Origin: Lama guanicoe | Lineage: Eukaryota | Length of the DNA stretch: 64,000 bases | NCBI GenBank assembly: GCA_013239625.1 | Contig: MU053934.1 | Span: 9,073,352-9,137,351, forward strand | Direction: 5' to 3' | Shown here: piece by piece, positions 12,960 to 24,510 of the stretch | How positions within the stretch are numbered: position 1 is the first letter of the stretch | How the letters are laid out: each line of letters starts with the position of its first letter | Made by a program: the position numbers and the translations under genes | Notes under the pieces: model-generated | Database searches by the model: none | The model's input: the letters and a program-made list of their open reading frames with translations, nothing else | What the model was told of the DNA's origin: nothing

Positions 12960-13874
12960 TAGACAGATACATCCTGGTGCCTGGGGGCAGTTCTGGGAAC
13001 ACATGGGCACCCGGGTGCAGAGCTCCAGCCCCACAGGGTGGAGGCTGGGGGAGGGCAGGCTGGGGGCTGCTGCCTGCGGGCAGAGGCATCCTGGCTGGCA
13101 GCGCAGGGAAGCCGGGTGGGCCCCACTGTCCCTGGGTGGGCACAGGTCAGGGGTGGCTCCTCCTGCCCTTGTTGGCTTTGGCTGAAGCCAGGGACACGTG
13201 GGGTCTGCTGGGACTCACGCACCTGCTGCTCCCTCACCTGCCTACCCTTACAGCCTTGAGTGTGTCTCAGTCCTGGCAGGTGACAGTGCTCCTGTTGACA
13301 CAAACCTTTCTGCATGTGTGTCCTTGGGTTTCCAAGGACTTTCTTCCCAGAGCCCCATCAGGGCTGGGAGACGTGGATGCCATAGCCCAGTGTCACTGTA
13401 GCCACCGTCCCTCACTCTGTGGCCTTGGGCCACCTACTCCACGTCTCTGGAGCTGTTTTCCCTGATTCTGGAAACTGAGGATGAGTGTTGGGAAGAACTG
13501 GACTCGATGAAGGATGAGAGGGTCTGGCCCAGGGCCAGCAATCAGCTCTTTCTGTTTTTTAAATAGATAGGGATTTCTTGTGGGTGAGGCTCATATCTCA
13601 GACAGGTGACTTGCGGCTCTGGCTGGGTCACCTGACTTCACTCCCAGACGTCACCCTGCATCCAGTCTTTCTCATTAAACACCGTCGAGCACCATCTGTA
13701 CGCCAAGCGTCATGTGTGTGTCTCTGTGTGTGTCTCTGGATGAGTGGGGGGAGGGACACCCAAAGATGACAGCGATCCCAACCCCAAGGGGCTCCTCCTC
13801 CCAGGCCCTGCGTGCCACCCGGTGGGCCCTCACCCCACAGAGCCCTTGGCCTAGCCTGCCCCCTCCGCCCACAG

Positions 13875-14010
13875 GATGGTCCAGGAGCAATGCTGTCACA
13901 ACCACCTGGAGGAGATGCACTGTGCCACGGGCATCAACCTGGCCAACGAGCAGGACAGCTGCGCCACACCGCGCGGTGACAATGCCAGCCTTGAGGCCAT
14001 GTTCGTGAAG
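13875..14010 (+). CDS. FBLN1: Fibulin-1 exon 3 (anaphylatoxin-like module 2)
   Basis: cccacAG|GATGGTC...GTGAAG|GTgagg; 136 nt; [45 protein letters not shown], includes NAS sequon. Confidence 0.98.
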
Positions 14011-16018
14011 GTGAGGACTTGGGCCCCTCCCACTCAGCAGCTACTTCTTCAACAGCAGGGTGTGCCCAGCCAGGGGAGGAGGGACCACTCAAGTCTCCCC
14101 ATCTCCTCCAGTTTATTCAGTAAACCCCAGGCCCAGTCCAACACTGGGGAAGTGTTGGATGGAGTGACCCAGCCTTCCCCTGAAGACCCCCCAGTCCTGG
14201 GGCTTCCGACAGGAATGCAGAGGTCAGAGCAGGGGTTCCCTGGGCTTGGGGCCTTCTGAGTCCTCTTCTCAGTTCGAGGTAGGCATCCCTACCCAGGAGG
14301 CCCTCAGGCTTCTCTGCCCTCCAGAGCTACTCAGAGCTCAGAATGGGGCCCCACTGAAGCCTCTGGTAACACGTGACCTCCGTGACTGCCCTGGAAGAGA
14401 GAACTGAGGTTCAGAGATGCCCACACTCCAAAGCAGCCTCTTAGCAGCCCTGACAAGGGGTCCTTTCAGGACCAGCAGGGGAGGGCCTGGTGAGGCAGAG
14501 CTGGGAGTGGGGTCCATCCAGAGGGAGCCCCGCCCTGAAGGTCAGCTGTGAGTGAATGATGTCATCCTTCCTGGGCCTCCAAGTCCAGGCCGTGTTGCTC
14601 AGGGCCTCTGTCACTGTGGAAGGCCTGTGTCTTTGCACAGATGTGGAGAAGTTCCTGAGAGCATGCCCAGGTCTGAGAACTGCAGATAAACTAGGCTGTC
14701 CCTCCCTTACCACCTCCTGAGGGAGAAAAACAGCCCGGCCAGAGGGGCTCAAGTTTGGAAAGTTAACTGCCCTGGTCATCTGGGTTTCTGTTGGAGGTGC
14801 CGGGTGATGAAAATGAATTCCCTGGAGGAAAGATGACCCGTTCCCAGTTAGGGAGCCCAGGGAGGAATTTCAAGGAGCAAGAATCAAGACTGAAGCAGGA
14901 TCCCGGGAAGGGGCGCTTGGGCTCCTTTCTGGGGACTCTCTTCACACAGATGGGATGTGGCGGGAGATTCCACGTAGAGGGTCTGGGGTCTACAGCCCCT
15001 CTGCCCACCCTCAGCCTTTGTGGGCCTTCACGGGAGGAGGCTTCTGGTGTGAGAGAGCTGGGGGGAGGGGGGCCTGGTCAAGGGGACCTGGGAGCCAGGA
15101 CCTTACACATCCAGTGACGGCCTCCCAGGGAGGGCTGGGGCTCCACAGACACCGTCTGCCTGGCAGACACTTCTGCTGCCCGTGTCCCCAGACTTGAGAG
15201 AAAGACATGGAACATTGTAACAGGAGTGGGGCAGATCACTTTGGCAGATGAGTGATTTGTGTTTCTGGGAAGGTAGACCTGAAAGGTGGAGGCGGTAACT
15301 AATGCTCCCACCCTTTCCGGCAGCGGGGGCTGTCGAGTGAGAGGCATGGAGACTCATCGACCCCCACGAAACTCAAGCAAAGCCACCCCTCCCCAGCTCC
15401 TGCTGTGGATCTTTTGGAAAGTTCCGTGCTTTTCTTAGAATCATAAGGACTGAAACAGGGCTTTTCATGGGCCAGGGTGAATGTTATCCCTGGGATTCGT
15501 GTATGACTTTTGGGGAACACTGTGTTTCCCAGCAACTCTGTCCCTCACTCGATGACTAGTCTTGAGGTTCCTTCCTGTTGCCCAAACCACCCTAACTGGG
15601 AGGAGGATGGTGCGGGGAAGAGACAAGGTGCATATTCATCCTTCCAGGCATAGTAGAGAAGTCCCAGACCACGCAAAAGACCCGGACCCTTAGGGAGCTC
15701 GTGTGTGAGCCCAAAAGTCCCCTCTCCCAGCCCCCTCTTCCTGGAGGTGGAAGCTGGGCCAGGTGGGGTGGTGGGGGGCAGTCAGGCATCGTGGCGCACC
15801 TGATGGGATATGGCTCTTTAAGGTTCCTGTCAAAACCAGGACCTGCGAGACTTGGAGGGGGTGGGCAGCAAGCCTCAGGCTTGGCTTGCTTTGCTGTTTA
15901 TTTCCAACATTTAGAAGAGGTGGACAAGTCAGAGTGAGTAAACAGGGATGAGAGGTTGTGGGGTTCCGCTGTGTCTTATATCTGGCTTCTCCATCTGGGG
16001 TCTCCGCTGTGTCTGCAG

Positions 16019-16190
16019 AGATGCTGCCACTGCTGCCTGCTGGGAAGGGCGGCCCAGGCCCAGGGCCAGAGCTGCGAGTACAGCCTCATGGTCGGGTACC
16101 AGTGTGGGCTGGTCTTCCGGGCGTGCTGTGTCAAGGGCCAGGAGGCCACAGACTTTGCCCCGGGGGACAATGGGGACCTTCAAGAGACAG
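16019..16190 (+). CDS. FBLN1: Fibulin-1 exon 4 (anaphylatoxin-like module 3)
   Basis: tctgcAG|AGATGC...GAGACAG|GTaatt; 172 nt; RCCHCCLLGRAAQAQGQSCEYSLMVGYQCGLVFRACCVKGQEATDFAPGDNGDLQET. Confidence 0.98.
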
Positions 16191-16224
16191 GTAATTTCCC
16201 TTCCCTTTCTTCCTTCTTGGGCAG

Positions 16225-16750
16225 TGCATTAGTCAGAATTATCCAGAGAAACAGAACCAATATGATGTGTACAAAGAGAGAGATTTATTTTTAAGTAATT
16301 GGATCACACAATTGTAGGGGCTGGCAGGTCTGAAATCTGCAGAGTGGGCCTGCAGATCAGAGGCCCAGGGGAGAGCTGATGTTGCAGCTTAAGCCCAAAG
16401 GCTGTCTGCTAGCAGAATTCCTTCTAGCTTGGGAGAGGTCTGTCTTTTTCTTAAGGCCTTCACCTGATTGGACGAGGCCCACCCACACAACAGGGCAATC
16501 TGCTTTAATCACAGTGTGCTGATTTAAATGTTAATCTCATCTAAAAATACTGTTACAGGGGATTGGGTTTAGCTCAGTGGTAGAGCTCATGCTTAGCATG
16601 CATAAGACCCTCGGTGCAATCCCCAGTACCTCCATAAAAAATTAATAATAATTAAAAAAAATACTGTCACAACCATATCCAGGTTAGTGTTGGACCAGAT
16701 ATCTGGGTACCATGTCCCAGCCAGGTGGACACATAAAACTGACCATTCCA
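16225..16750 (-). mobile_element. Solo ERVL LTR, MLT2-like
   Basis: tgcattagtcag..ccagagaaacagaaccaa start, gacacataaaactgaccattcca end, TG...CA termini, 5-bp TSD ggcag/ggcaa; family and orientation assigned from recalled consensus. Confidence 0.8.
16558..16656 (+). mobile_element. tRNA-Ala-derived SINE (Vic-1-like) nested in an MLT2-like LTR
   Basis: tagctcagtggtagagc..cttagcatgc..atccccagtacctcc plus A tail; 15-bp TSD aaaaatactgt(t/c)aca at 16543-16557 and 16657-16671. Confidence 0.9.
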
Positions 16751-19307
16751 GGCAATGAGGGCGCATTCATCATTGCCTTACCTCAGCACAGATTGGTTCT
16801 CATTGTCAGAGCAGTTTCACATTCGTCACTGTCCTGGAGTGAAGCTGAGGGCTTGGGATCTGGGATCCCACAAATCTGCATTCATGTCCCTGTCCTGACA
16901 TGCATTTGGGCAAACTGATTGATCCAGACCTCAGGTCCCTCATCTGTGGAATGGGGATAATTACAGTCCTTACTACATCAGGTTGTTGGCAGGATTAAGT
17001 CAGAGAAGGGCTAGAAAGTGTTTGACGGGGTGCCTGGCTCCGTGAACCCTAGCCTTTCTGACGCCCTCTCTCTCCATCTCGAGCTGATGGCGTGTAGACA
17101 AGAGGCTGAGGGGGGCGGGACCAGTCATTAATAGCAGACTGTGAGCTTTCAAATACTAGATATTTATTCAGCAAAGGGGCGAGTGACCCCAAGAGCAGCT
17201 TCAAGAGCGCTCCCAGCTATGCGTCCACCAGTTCAGCTCTCCACCCTCTATTTGTCCGAAGCCACATAAATCCTGAAGCCTTGGGGCTCGGTTCAGTTAC
17301 ATGGTTCAGGAAACTTCTGGCTTGTCTAATCATCTCTTCCACTTATGCAATGGTTTCCTGTGTCATAATGGAAAGAGCCCTGGAAAATTTCAGGCGTCTG
17401 CTCTGCTCCAAGCTTGCTGCGTGACTGGGACCTTGGCCTTCTCACTGTGAGCTCTGCCTGCCTTCTGTTAAAAGTGGGTAAGGGGCAGGCAGGGGTAGGA
17501 AGGAAGAGCTCGCAGACCAGTGGTCCCTAAGTCAGGCCATCCATTCCTGTGGCTTTGGGGTCTTGCGTCAAAAGACCGTTCTTCCATTCTTTGTTTTGAT
17601 TTCTCAAGTCCAGGGCCCTGTGGATGCCATGGGGCTGATTTCAGCTATCTTAGTCATAAAGGGGAATTGGAACCACATTCTGGCTCCCTCCTTGACTTTT
17701 GAAATCAGAGATGACATTTTCCCTTTAAACAGATTCAGAGTATTCACCCTGGTGGAGAATTTCTCCTGCGTCTCTGATCTGGGCTCTCTGCTCTCCAGAT
17801 GTCTTCTTTCTCCCTTGTCTTTCATCTGCTTCAGTTCTTGCTCCAGGCCTTCCTCTGTGTCTCTATGAGGACTTCCCTGTGGTTTCCTCCTCACCCACAG
17901 ACCTGTCTTCCTCTCTTTCACTAACATTTATTGTGGGCCTACTGTGTGCTACCACAGGGCCACACAGTGGGCCCACAGACCAATGCTGGCCTGAAACAAA
18001 ATAAGTACAGATATTGAGAGTAAGCTTTTGAAAACATCTGTAAGCATTTGATAGAGTAACTCATGTCTGTTTAATCTAAATATAAAATCAGAGCTTATAT
18101 GTCCTCTTAACTTTGCTGTTCTGATGAGCAGTTATTAAAATTTATCCAAGTATTGGTCTGAGACGAGGGAAGGAGCCTTGTTCCTTTGGGAAGAACTGTG
18201 CTCGGGCATATCTTGGTTATGTCCATTCCACAGATTGGGAGACTGAGGCTGTGGAGGCTTAGGGTCAAGATTCCTTTTCTAGCAGGAAGAGAAGTGGTTT
18301 TTCCCTGTAGGCTTGCTGGCCCCTGAAGAACACTGGAAACCTTGATGACCTCATCACCCATCTCACGAGTGACCTTGTCACTGTGAGTCCTTTGGAGGAT
18401 GGGGTCTGGACACCCTAGCCTTTGTCTGGCACGTGGCAGGATTTTGCCGGGATGCATTGCACCAAGTGAATGAAGAGTCCCCAAATTAAAGATCCTGAGA
18501 AAGATGCTCCCAGCCTCCTAACCTAGAGGCAACTCCCACCCTAAAGGTCTTTGGCTTATTTCCTCCCCAGCTGGAAAGTTCTTTGAATTATTTAGGGACC
18601 CTTATCATATTTTAATAGCCCCTAAAAAGTAACGCCTCATGCATAGTTGGCGTATATAAAGTGTTACATTGAAATTTACAGCAGAATTACTAACATGTTT
18701 CTTTTTACCGATGGTTATTATTCCAGTGTGCACGTATCATGCGCTCACTGTAGGCATTTTAGAAGACACAGAAAGGTAAAAGGAAGAGGAAGTTGACATG
18801 GAGATAAATGCTGTTTCCATTAGCTCACATGTCCTTTCAGTCTTCTTTCTGGCTCCCTTCCTTCTCTCCTGTAAGCATGGCTGTGCCGGGGACACGCTTG
18901 GATTTGCGCTTTCCCGCCCCGCGTTGTGATGTGGTGGCTGTTGAACTGTGACTGACTTGTGGTCATTGTCGCTTCGTCCCGTGGAAGGTCCTCAGCATCA
19001 CAGGGCGTGGCCTGCAAGTATTCTGGGGATTCTCCCCCCCCCCAACCTTGGGTACATCCACTCGGATTAAAAGGACGAATCCATTTCTTATGGCAGAACT
19101 TCCAGTGGAATACCACCCTTTTAAATTAGGGCCCTGGTCCCCCACTGGGTGCCCTGATCCTATCCCCCTGTTGAATCTCCTGTTGAGAGTAGGGGCCTTA
19201 TCTGTCCTTGACCCTCAGGGCAGGTGCTCAGACATCTTTGCTGAATGAGTTGTATGAGTGAATACTGATGCTAAATTGAGCTTTGCAGGCAAACTGTATA
19301 AAATAAG

Positions 19308-19715
19308 TGTATTTGTTTCCTGGGGCTGCAGGGATAAAGGACCTCAGACTGGGGGCTTAAACAACAAAAGTGGATGGTCTCATAGTTTGGAGGCTGGAAC
19401 CTGAGGCCAAGGTGTCGGCAGGGCCGGCTCCTCCTGAGGGCTCCTCTGCCAGCTTCCGGCAGCCTCGGGTCTTCGGGGGCTTGTGGTTGACTGTCTTCTC
19501 CTGTTGCTTCCCATCGTTTTTCCTCTGTGTGTATCTGTCTCTTTTTCTAAATTTCTCCTTTCTGTAAGGACACTGATCATTGGCTCAGGACCCATCCTAA
19601 TGACCTCATCTTAACTTGATCATCAGCAAAGCCCCTTCCCCCAAATCAGGTCACATTCCCAGGTACTGGGGGTTAGGACTGCAACGTCTTTGAGGGGGAA
19701 CACAACTCAACTCAA
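19308..19715 (-). mobile_element. MaLR LTR remnant (MLT1-like)
   Basis: tgtatttgtttcctggggctgc..ggcttaaacaac..taatgacctcatcttaac..ggtcacattcccaggtactgggggttaggac motifs. Confidence 0.78.
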
Positions 19716-20087
19716 AATCAGAAATGTTTACCAGGTGCATTGTTTTAGGTTTGGAGGACGTGACTTCATTTACAGTAGGGCTGTGACTGCATTTGCAGAA
19801 ATATTCAAGTAACGTGGGCAGCGTAACCAGCCTTGGCGTTAGGTTGATGATCTCGGGCCCATGCGCCAGCACTGTTTCTGTTATAATAGGTCTTTTGGAG
19901 ATTTAGCTACATCTATGTGTGTAGGTCTGTTTTAAAAAAAAGATAAAACGAATGCTGAGCTGTTTATAAGATGTACAAACAGGCAGGACTGCCTGATATT
20001 TACAAGAAGAGAACGTATTCGGAGTCTGCGCCAAGTTAAGATGGCCACTGCGTGTGGACAAACGTGTCTTTGCCTCTCTCCCCTTAG

Positions 20088-20147
20088 CTAAGATTTCTGA
20101 GATGGAGGAGGAACAAGAGGACCCCTACCTGAATGACCGCTGCCGAG
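20088..20147 (+). CDS. FBLN1: Fibulin-1 exon 5 (acidic linker)
   Basis: ctcccctTAG|CTAAGATT...TGCCGAG|GTgaga; 60 nt; KISEMEEEQEDPYLNDRCR; too short to appear in the ORF track. Confidence 0.96.
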
Positions 20148-21590
20148 GTGAGACTGGTACCTCCCGATGGTTAATTAACCCCAAGGGAGAGTCACTGCTC
20201 ATCTTGCTGGAAGCTTGACCCCAGGTTCTGCTCAGGGAAGTGCCCTTGGCTGGGAGTCAGCTGTAAGTCGCTGTCCTCCCGCACTCCCGGGCTCCCCGCT
20301 TTCCTGTCCTCCTAGCTGGGGCCTGGCAGGCAGCCGAGGGGGACGGTGGGCTTGTAGAGAAGGGGCCGGGGCCGTGTGGGTAGCTGGCTTTCAAAGCCCT
20401 CCCGCCGCAGCTCACAGACTTTGTGAACGGTGACCCCCCAAGGCTGGGAGCCCCTTTGGGCCCTGGAGCTCCACCGTGCCATCTGTAATATCCATTTGTC
20501 TCTCAAGGGAGACACTTGCAAGTTTAAAGTCGGTAGGGCTTTGTGGCTTTGTTTTCCATAGGGTAAGATTTTATTTCTCTTTAGGGGACATTCCTGCATG
20601 TCTGGACTGGCAGGGCTGCTCCACAGGGTTGTTCAGTGACTTGCCTTGTGCCTGGGCATTAATTAGGGAGCCAGTTTAATCACAAAATGCTGTGGTTCGG
20701 TGGACAGTGACAGATGGCACAGAGGCCTGGGGGTGGGGGGAAGGGGAGCAGAGAGCCCTGGAAAGACCCGTAATCCTCTTCTGGGGGAATAGGAGGGTCT
20801 TCCTGGGGGAGGGGGTAGCTGGTTTGCAGTGGGTGAGGATGGGTTAGCCAGGAAGGTGACATTGTCGGGGGTACTGGGCAGCGGGAGTGGAGACATGCAG
20901 ACCCTCAGCTGGCTGGGCAGGGGGCCGTGGGGTTGGGGAGGAGTGGGGTGCAGGGATCGAGGAAGAGGATGGAGAAGTGGGCAGGGCCCGGCCAGCCCTG
21001 TGCAGCAGTAACAACTTTGTTTCATGGAGGTTTGTCCCCATGAGATGCTCTTCGAGCGTCACATTGGCTGCCCCATGGGAAACAAGGTCAGAGGGGTGGC
21101 ACCCAGGATGCTCAGAGAGCCTGGGGGCGGGCGGCCAGAGCTGAGGCAGTGGCACTGGAAATGGGCTGGCAGGGCCGCCCTGAGAGATCTAGGGGGAGAT
21201 GGGAGCCTCTTCAGGGCCTGGCGTCCCTGGGGAGGGGGACTGCACCCTGGGGAGGGGGACTGCACCCTCGGGGTCTGTGCTGGGCAGTGGCATCACACTC
21301 TTTTCTGCCTCGCCCCCTTCAGCTCCACCTCGACCTACAGGGACCACCCTGCGCGCCCCCGTCTGTCACCAGGGCCGGGACCGACGCGCAGCCTTGGGGA
21401 TGCCAGAGCCCACCTGGGGCCTCCCTGGGAAGGGCGGGTGCTGTGCGGGCTGCAGCGGGCTTCAGCCGGGGAGCCTGCCTTTCTGTGTCATCCACCCTGT
21501 GGGCATGTGCTCTGGCCCCAGCCAAACACCCAGGTGACCAGAAGGTCTCCTGGCGCCCCTGGGCTCCGCCCACGTTCGCTCTGGTTACAG

Positions 21591-21692
21591 GCGGCGGGCC
21601 CTGCAAGCAGCAGTGCCGAGACACCGGCGAGGAGGTCGCATGCTCCTGCTTCGTGGGCTACCAGCTGCTCTCTGATGGCGTCTCCTGCGAAG
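21591..21692 (+). CDS. FBLN1: Fibulin-1 exon 6 (EGF-like 1)
   Basis: ttacAG|GCGGCGGG...TGCGAAG|GTaaac; 102 nt; [33 protein letters not shown]. Confidence 0.98.
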
Positions 21693-22345
21693 GTAAACGT
21701 CGCTGCGCTCCGGGCGACGGCGGGATGGCAGGTCGCTGCACTCGGGAACCCCTCCGCCTCTACTCCACATCCAGGCACGGCCCACTTTGCACCACTCTGG
21801 GCCCCATCCATAGGTGAAGAACGAGCCAGAGCTGGCTTCCGAGCGTTCCCTGGACCTGGAGTTTCCCTGGAGTTTGCAGCGTGTGGCTTCCACCACGACA
21901 CTCACTGGGGAGGATATACACACTGTGTTGGGAGACAGGGCTGGGCTTGGGGTCTGACCGAGCTCTGAATCCAGGATCTGCTGGATCCCTGGGCACATCC
22001 CCCAGCCTCTCTCGGCCCCTCATCAGGGAGGTAGGGGAGATGGAGGGAGGTGATAGCCCCGTGCAGGGTTCTTAAGGATCGCATGACTCCCATTCAGGGC
22101 CTGGCACGTGCTTAGCAGGTGCTCAGAAAAAGCAATAGATCTGAAACTCGGCGTGGGGGAGAAACCACCACTTTGGCTTTTGCTTTGATAGAGTGCCCAG
22201 GAGTCCGCGCCAGTGCCCGCCCCGAGTACGCACGCACACGGGCGGCTCGGTGCATGCAGGGACCCCATCCCACTGGGCCTTCTGATAAAGCGCGAGGATC
22301 CGTTGTTCCTGTTGGTTACTCCTGCACGGCCTGTGTCTCTCCTAG

Positions 22346-22483
22346 ATATCAATGAATGCATCACGGGCAGCCAAAACTGCCGGCTTGGAGAATCCTGCAT
22401 CAATACAGTGGGCTCTTTCCGCTGCCAGCGAGACAGCAGCTGTGGGACTGGCTATGAGCTCACAGAGGACAATAACTGCAAAG
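22346..22483 (+). CDS. FBLN1: Fibulin-1 exon 7 (cbEGF)
   Basis: ctcctAG|ATATC...TGCAAAG|GTataa; 138 nt; [46 protein letters not shown]. Confidence 0.98.
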
Positions 22484-23637
22484 GTATAATGAGCTCCAAG
22501 TCTAAAAACCTCACCCCACCACCTCCTGGGAGTAGACAGGATATGATGGGAGCAGGGGCACAGGGCTCCCCTGGGGTCTAGGCTCTGTGGTGCTGCGGCT
22601 GCCTGGGGCACTGGCCAACCCTGTTATTAGCGAAGATTTACTTTCTTGACCGTAATGCTGAGTTAATGACAGTGGAGGGTTTGGATTTCTGAAAAGGCTC
22701 AGAGCGTGGTCATTTAACAGCAAGACCAAAAATGAAATTCAGGTGCTCACTTGTGTTTCCAACCGCCTCCCCCAACCAAAAAAATTATTTTTTGCATAAC
22801 AGCTGCCTTCCATCTGATTCCAGGCTCCCTTGAAGTTCAAAGCATATTCCTTTCCGCTGCATAAAAACATGACATTTCTGGCTGCTGGCTTTTCCCCGCC
22901 AAACCATAGATGTTATTTGGCAGATGAGCCTTTGAAGAGGATCTGTTAGAACATAGTTTTCTGCTGAGGGTTTCCAGGCCTTTAGGACGACAAAACCACT
23001 TGTGTAAAAACGTCGGTTGAATTATGAGGCTAATTCAAAAGCAAGTCACACCCTCCTGACGTCTGAGGGCCTTTGGGCAAGCCCAGCCCTCTCCACCCCT
23101 GCAGACTCACTGGGCGGTTTGGACCTAGAGGACCCAGGGGCCCAGCCAGCTGAGTATACACTTTTGAACGTTTGACAGCCGTGAACTTGAAGGGAAGGGC
23201 AGCCAGCAGGTCCAATCATGACAATTGCCATTGTTAATATCCGGAATATTGTGAGAACCTGAGAATGAATAAGTTTACGGAGACTGTTTATTACCACTAA
23301 GATAATCACTGCTTTGCAGTCTAAGCTAAACATGCACTTAGCCTGAAATGAAAACCAAACCAAACCACGTATTGCCAGGAAAATGCCTGGGTTATTTATT
23401 TGCATCATAAGAGCCTTGGGAAAAAAGTCAGGGTTCCAAATCTTGAGCCACATGAGCGCCATTTGGCTAACTAAGGCCCTTTTTGTCTGTGACCTCTCTT
23501 GGAATGTTTTGGGTTATAGTCTGAGTAATGAGCATTTAAAAAAAAAAGAAAAAAAAACTTTCTTGTGATTTTAAAGTGTTATAAGATGCTTCTGGCAGGA
23601 CTGTTGCTAACAATTTCCTTTTTTTATGATGTACCAG

Positions 23638-23775
23638 ATATTGACGAGTGTGAGAGTGGTATTCATAACTGCCTCCCCGATTTTATCTGTCAGAATACTC
23701 TGGGATCCTTCCGCTGCAGACCCAAGCTACAGTGCAAGAGTGGCTTTATACAAGATGCTCTAGGCAACTGTATTG
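23638..23775 (+). CDS. FBLN1: Fibulin-1 exon 8 (cbEGF)
   Basis: taccAG|ATATTG...TGTATTG|GTaaga; 138 nt; [46 protein letters not shown]. Confidence 0.98.
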
Positions 23776-23871
23776 GTAAGACACTGCCACCAGGGCTAGC
23801 GGGGTCCCCCAGGCGGGTGAGCCGTCCGGTGATGGGCCAAGTTTCTAGAATCTGGGGTGCTGGATACAGAA

Positions 23872-24084
23872 CAGACTTGGCAAACTTTTTCTATAAAGAG
23901 CCGAGATCAAACACGTTAGGCACTGCGAGGTCTTAGTGGCAACTACTCAGCTCTGCTGTTGCAGCTGGAAAGCAGACATGGATATGTGAACAAATGGGCA
24001 GGCCCGTGTCCCAATAAAACTTTATTTACACAAACAGGCAGCAGGCTGGGTTTGGCTCCACGGCTGTAGTTTAGCAGCCCCTGG
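23872..24084. mobile_element. MER58-like hAT MITE
   Basis: ttggcaaactttttctataaag...ccaataaaactttatttacac...tgtagtttagcagcccctg. Confidence 0.8.
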
Positions 24085-24299
24085 TTTAGATGAAAGAGCT
24101 TGAGTTTTGAAGTCAGAGACGCTTGGTGCTGAACTGAGTGACCTAAGGTCATTTACTTACTCCCTCTGAGCCTCAATTTCCTCCTTTTTAAAATGGGGTT
24201 AACCAGAATATCTGGCTTGTAGGCCTGAGGCCAGGATTAAACAAGGTGATTGAGAAATGCCCCGTATATTAAAACCTGGTTTTAAAAGAACTCTGTGAC

Positions 24300-24510
24300 C
24301 ACTAGTCAAATTCATAGACAGAAAGAAGAATGGTGGTTGCCGGGGGCCTGGGGGAGGCGGATGGGGAGTGTGTGCGTGGTAGGTGGCGTTCTGCTTGGAA
24401 TGACGGAAAAGTTCTGTGGGTGGGCGGTGCTGATCATGGTCGCGTAACACTGTGAATGTGCTTAATGTCACTCATCTGTACACTGAAAAATGACTGAAGT
24501 GGCAAGATAC
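24300..24510 (+). mobile_element. L1MB-like 3' end remnant
   Basis: caaattcatagacagaaag..tggtggttgccgggggctg..gtgaatgtgcttaatgtcact. Confidence 0.72.

Noticed and set aside
21024..21968. 314-aa ORF overlapping exon 6
   Set aside because: It is in a different frame from the Cys-patterned FBLN1 exon and has no independent support
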